Below are positions 61,994 through 64,000 of a DNA stretch of 64,000 nucleotides, piece by piece (the first letter of the stretch is position 1; every line of letters begins with the position of its first letter). The notes beneath the pieces were generated by a model, which was given only the letters and a program-made list of their open reading frames with translations, had not been told where the DNA came from and searched no databases. The stretch comes from Phoronis australis (lineage: Eukaryota > Animalia > Phoronida): positions 692,803 to 756,802 of the forward strand of contig NMRA01000161.1 in the NCBI GenBank assembly GCA_002633005.1, given 5' to 3'. Position numbers and translations under genes: made by a program.

Positions 61994-62400
61994 AATAAGT
62001 AAGCCAAAAGATCAAATAGTTCAAATAGTCATGCTTTGAATATCTAGATCAATTATACGGTAGTATATGAAAATTTCACACAAATCCAGTCAGCTAATTC
62101 TGAGATGTGATGTTCCGAAGTTAGCCAAATTTGGACATTTTCTATGGTACTACCAAACCTTAATTATAACCGATGCCTTGAGAACACAAAATAATGGTAA
62201 ATTAATTATTGTTTGCATGTATCGGTCTGCTTCCTCCTTCCTGGAGGGTTTGTGCAAACTCATGTGGAGTAATTTACACAGCATATTACAGTCAAATTAG
62301 CCTATAACTATTTGTTCATCATTTTGCATTGTGTGTATTACAAAATCCTTCCATTTGGTTTCAGAGCCAGACGCCAGTGGTTTTCAAATTGAGGCTTAAT

Positions 62401-62556
62401 CCGGATAAGAATCTAGTACAGATCCCCACACATAGCTAACGCAGAGTCGCATTTGGCGATCTGGCAAAAATCCCAGGTCGCCAAATGAAATCTGAGGTCG
62501 CCATAACTGAAAATCTCGGGCGGGCGCCCAAATCAATTCCCAGGTTTCTTATCCGG
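62401..62556. mobile_element. Small MITE
   Basis: TIRs ccggataagaa / ttcttatccgg. Confidence 0.6.
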
Positions 62557-63968
62557 GCATCATAAAAGTTAGTTAATCAAAAACAAAAACCAAATAGAGC
62601 TACTTTCTTAAACGGGTACATGAGAACCAAAACCTAGTGTATCATTCTATTTCGGGTGATGTGTTTGATATTTCTTTGAGTAAAAATTTATTCTATCCCA
62701 ACTTTTTGCAAGAAATTCAACACCAGTTTTAGTCCACGATTTAGCAGTTTATTTTAGCCTGCGTTATTTTGCCATGAAGTCGAGTTAAATGCTGCGATTG
62801 CCCTGTTCTACACACTCAAAAGGATATTAGATCAGCATTGCTTATTGACAGGCTTCTTGATCACAGCGGTTCTTGTACAAATCTATTGATAAAGCAGATA
62901 AACCAAAACAAACTTTGTTTCTAATGAATCACCCTTGCATGGATCAGTGATTGCTTCTTTAAAAAACAAGGATTTGAACCAACAAACTATTTAGATAACT
63001 TATTGGTGAAGCAAAGCATTAAGATAGTATTGACTCATATTCTAGTTGTACTGAATCAAAATATTTCGATAAATGTATGTATGGTAGGTCACTAAGAAGC
63101 ATTCATGAAGACCAAATTCTATTGAGAAGCCCAAGCCTTCTAACTTGTTTTGGCTCCTCCCATAATCTGTGCTGCACGATCTCTCCTCGTTAGTCTGGAC
63201 AGGAGGATATCTCACTTCCCTTCAAACCCAGTTTATGGGTCACTCTCCCTTCTCCAGAGGGCATATTTCAACCAGTTCACAAGGTATCCAGACAGTAGGT
63301 TTAGAACCTGGGGGGCCACTTAGATGTTGGAGATACGCAGAACATGCTGCTTAAATGGCGACTTTTCTACGACTGCATTTTCTGTAAAAGAATGCTTTTT
63401 TCTGTACTAATGTGTTTCCAAGAGAACTCTACTGAAAGGAATTTCTATTTAATAAGTTTTTCCATATAAAAGAAACCAGTATAAAGATTTTTTCAATTTT
63501 AATTTATTGGATATTTGTGGGGTTTACAACCTCCCCAAGTGGATCATGTGGGGGAAACCCTCTACAGAATGGTAAATTTTTCATGAAAATGACCAACACA
63601 CACGGTTTCATCTTGCCAACTCGCCAAAGAGTCAGCTAACCATATATCCTACTGGAGTTTAACCTCCAAGTTAAGAACTGAGTGACTTGATTTTCTTCAC
63701 CATACTGAGCTAATTCCACCTGTTTCAGCCTTGCATCTGAGAGTTATGTCATTGGTTAAGTGAGGCAATTTGCTTATTAACCTCCATTTCAATCTTATGA
63801 ATAGTGGCGTCACATATCCTTTGGTAGTCATCTGATCTATAAGGAAAGACAGACATCTAACATAAGGAAACTTTTTATCTGTCTTCTTAAATTTTAGTAG
63901 GCGAAAGTCCTGCTGTTGCTCTTATTACTTGGCGGAATTCTTCCGCCAAGTATGTTGCTCTGACAGCA

Positions 63969-64000
<32 letters not shown>

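Noticed and set aside
63243-63307. PAZ-like motif KPTVWIPCELVEI
   Set aside because: Too short, with no other Argonaute or Dicer sequence visible; kept only as an exon candidate.

Overview
AT-rich, intron-containing, repeat-dense eukaryotic DNA, probably from a marine invertebrate (inference). Two convergent spliced genes are visible. (1) On the + strand, 320-10933: the last 13 coding exons of a TRIP12/Ufd4-type HECT E3 ubiquitin ligase, with a 3' UTR running to about 13.35 kb. (2) On the - strand, an uncharacterised gene that the ORF track shows only in pieces. Fifteen phase-compatible GT-AG exons from 34021 down to the stop at 14481 give about 550 aa, and further candidate exons extend to at least 47.6 kb. 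By eye the protein resembles a highly diverged RNase II/RNB-family (DIS3/HELZ2-like) fold whose catalytic aspartates appear replaced, i.e. a candidate pseudo-ribonuclease. This assignment comes from remembered motifs, not a database search. The introns hold MITEs and a foldback element, a Penelope fragment, tRNA-derived SINE heads, Helentron-like elements with CTCF-like motifs, minisatellites, a 239-N gap and a possibly artefactual 1-kb duplication.
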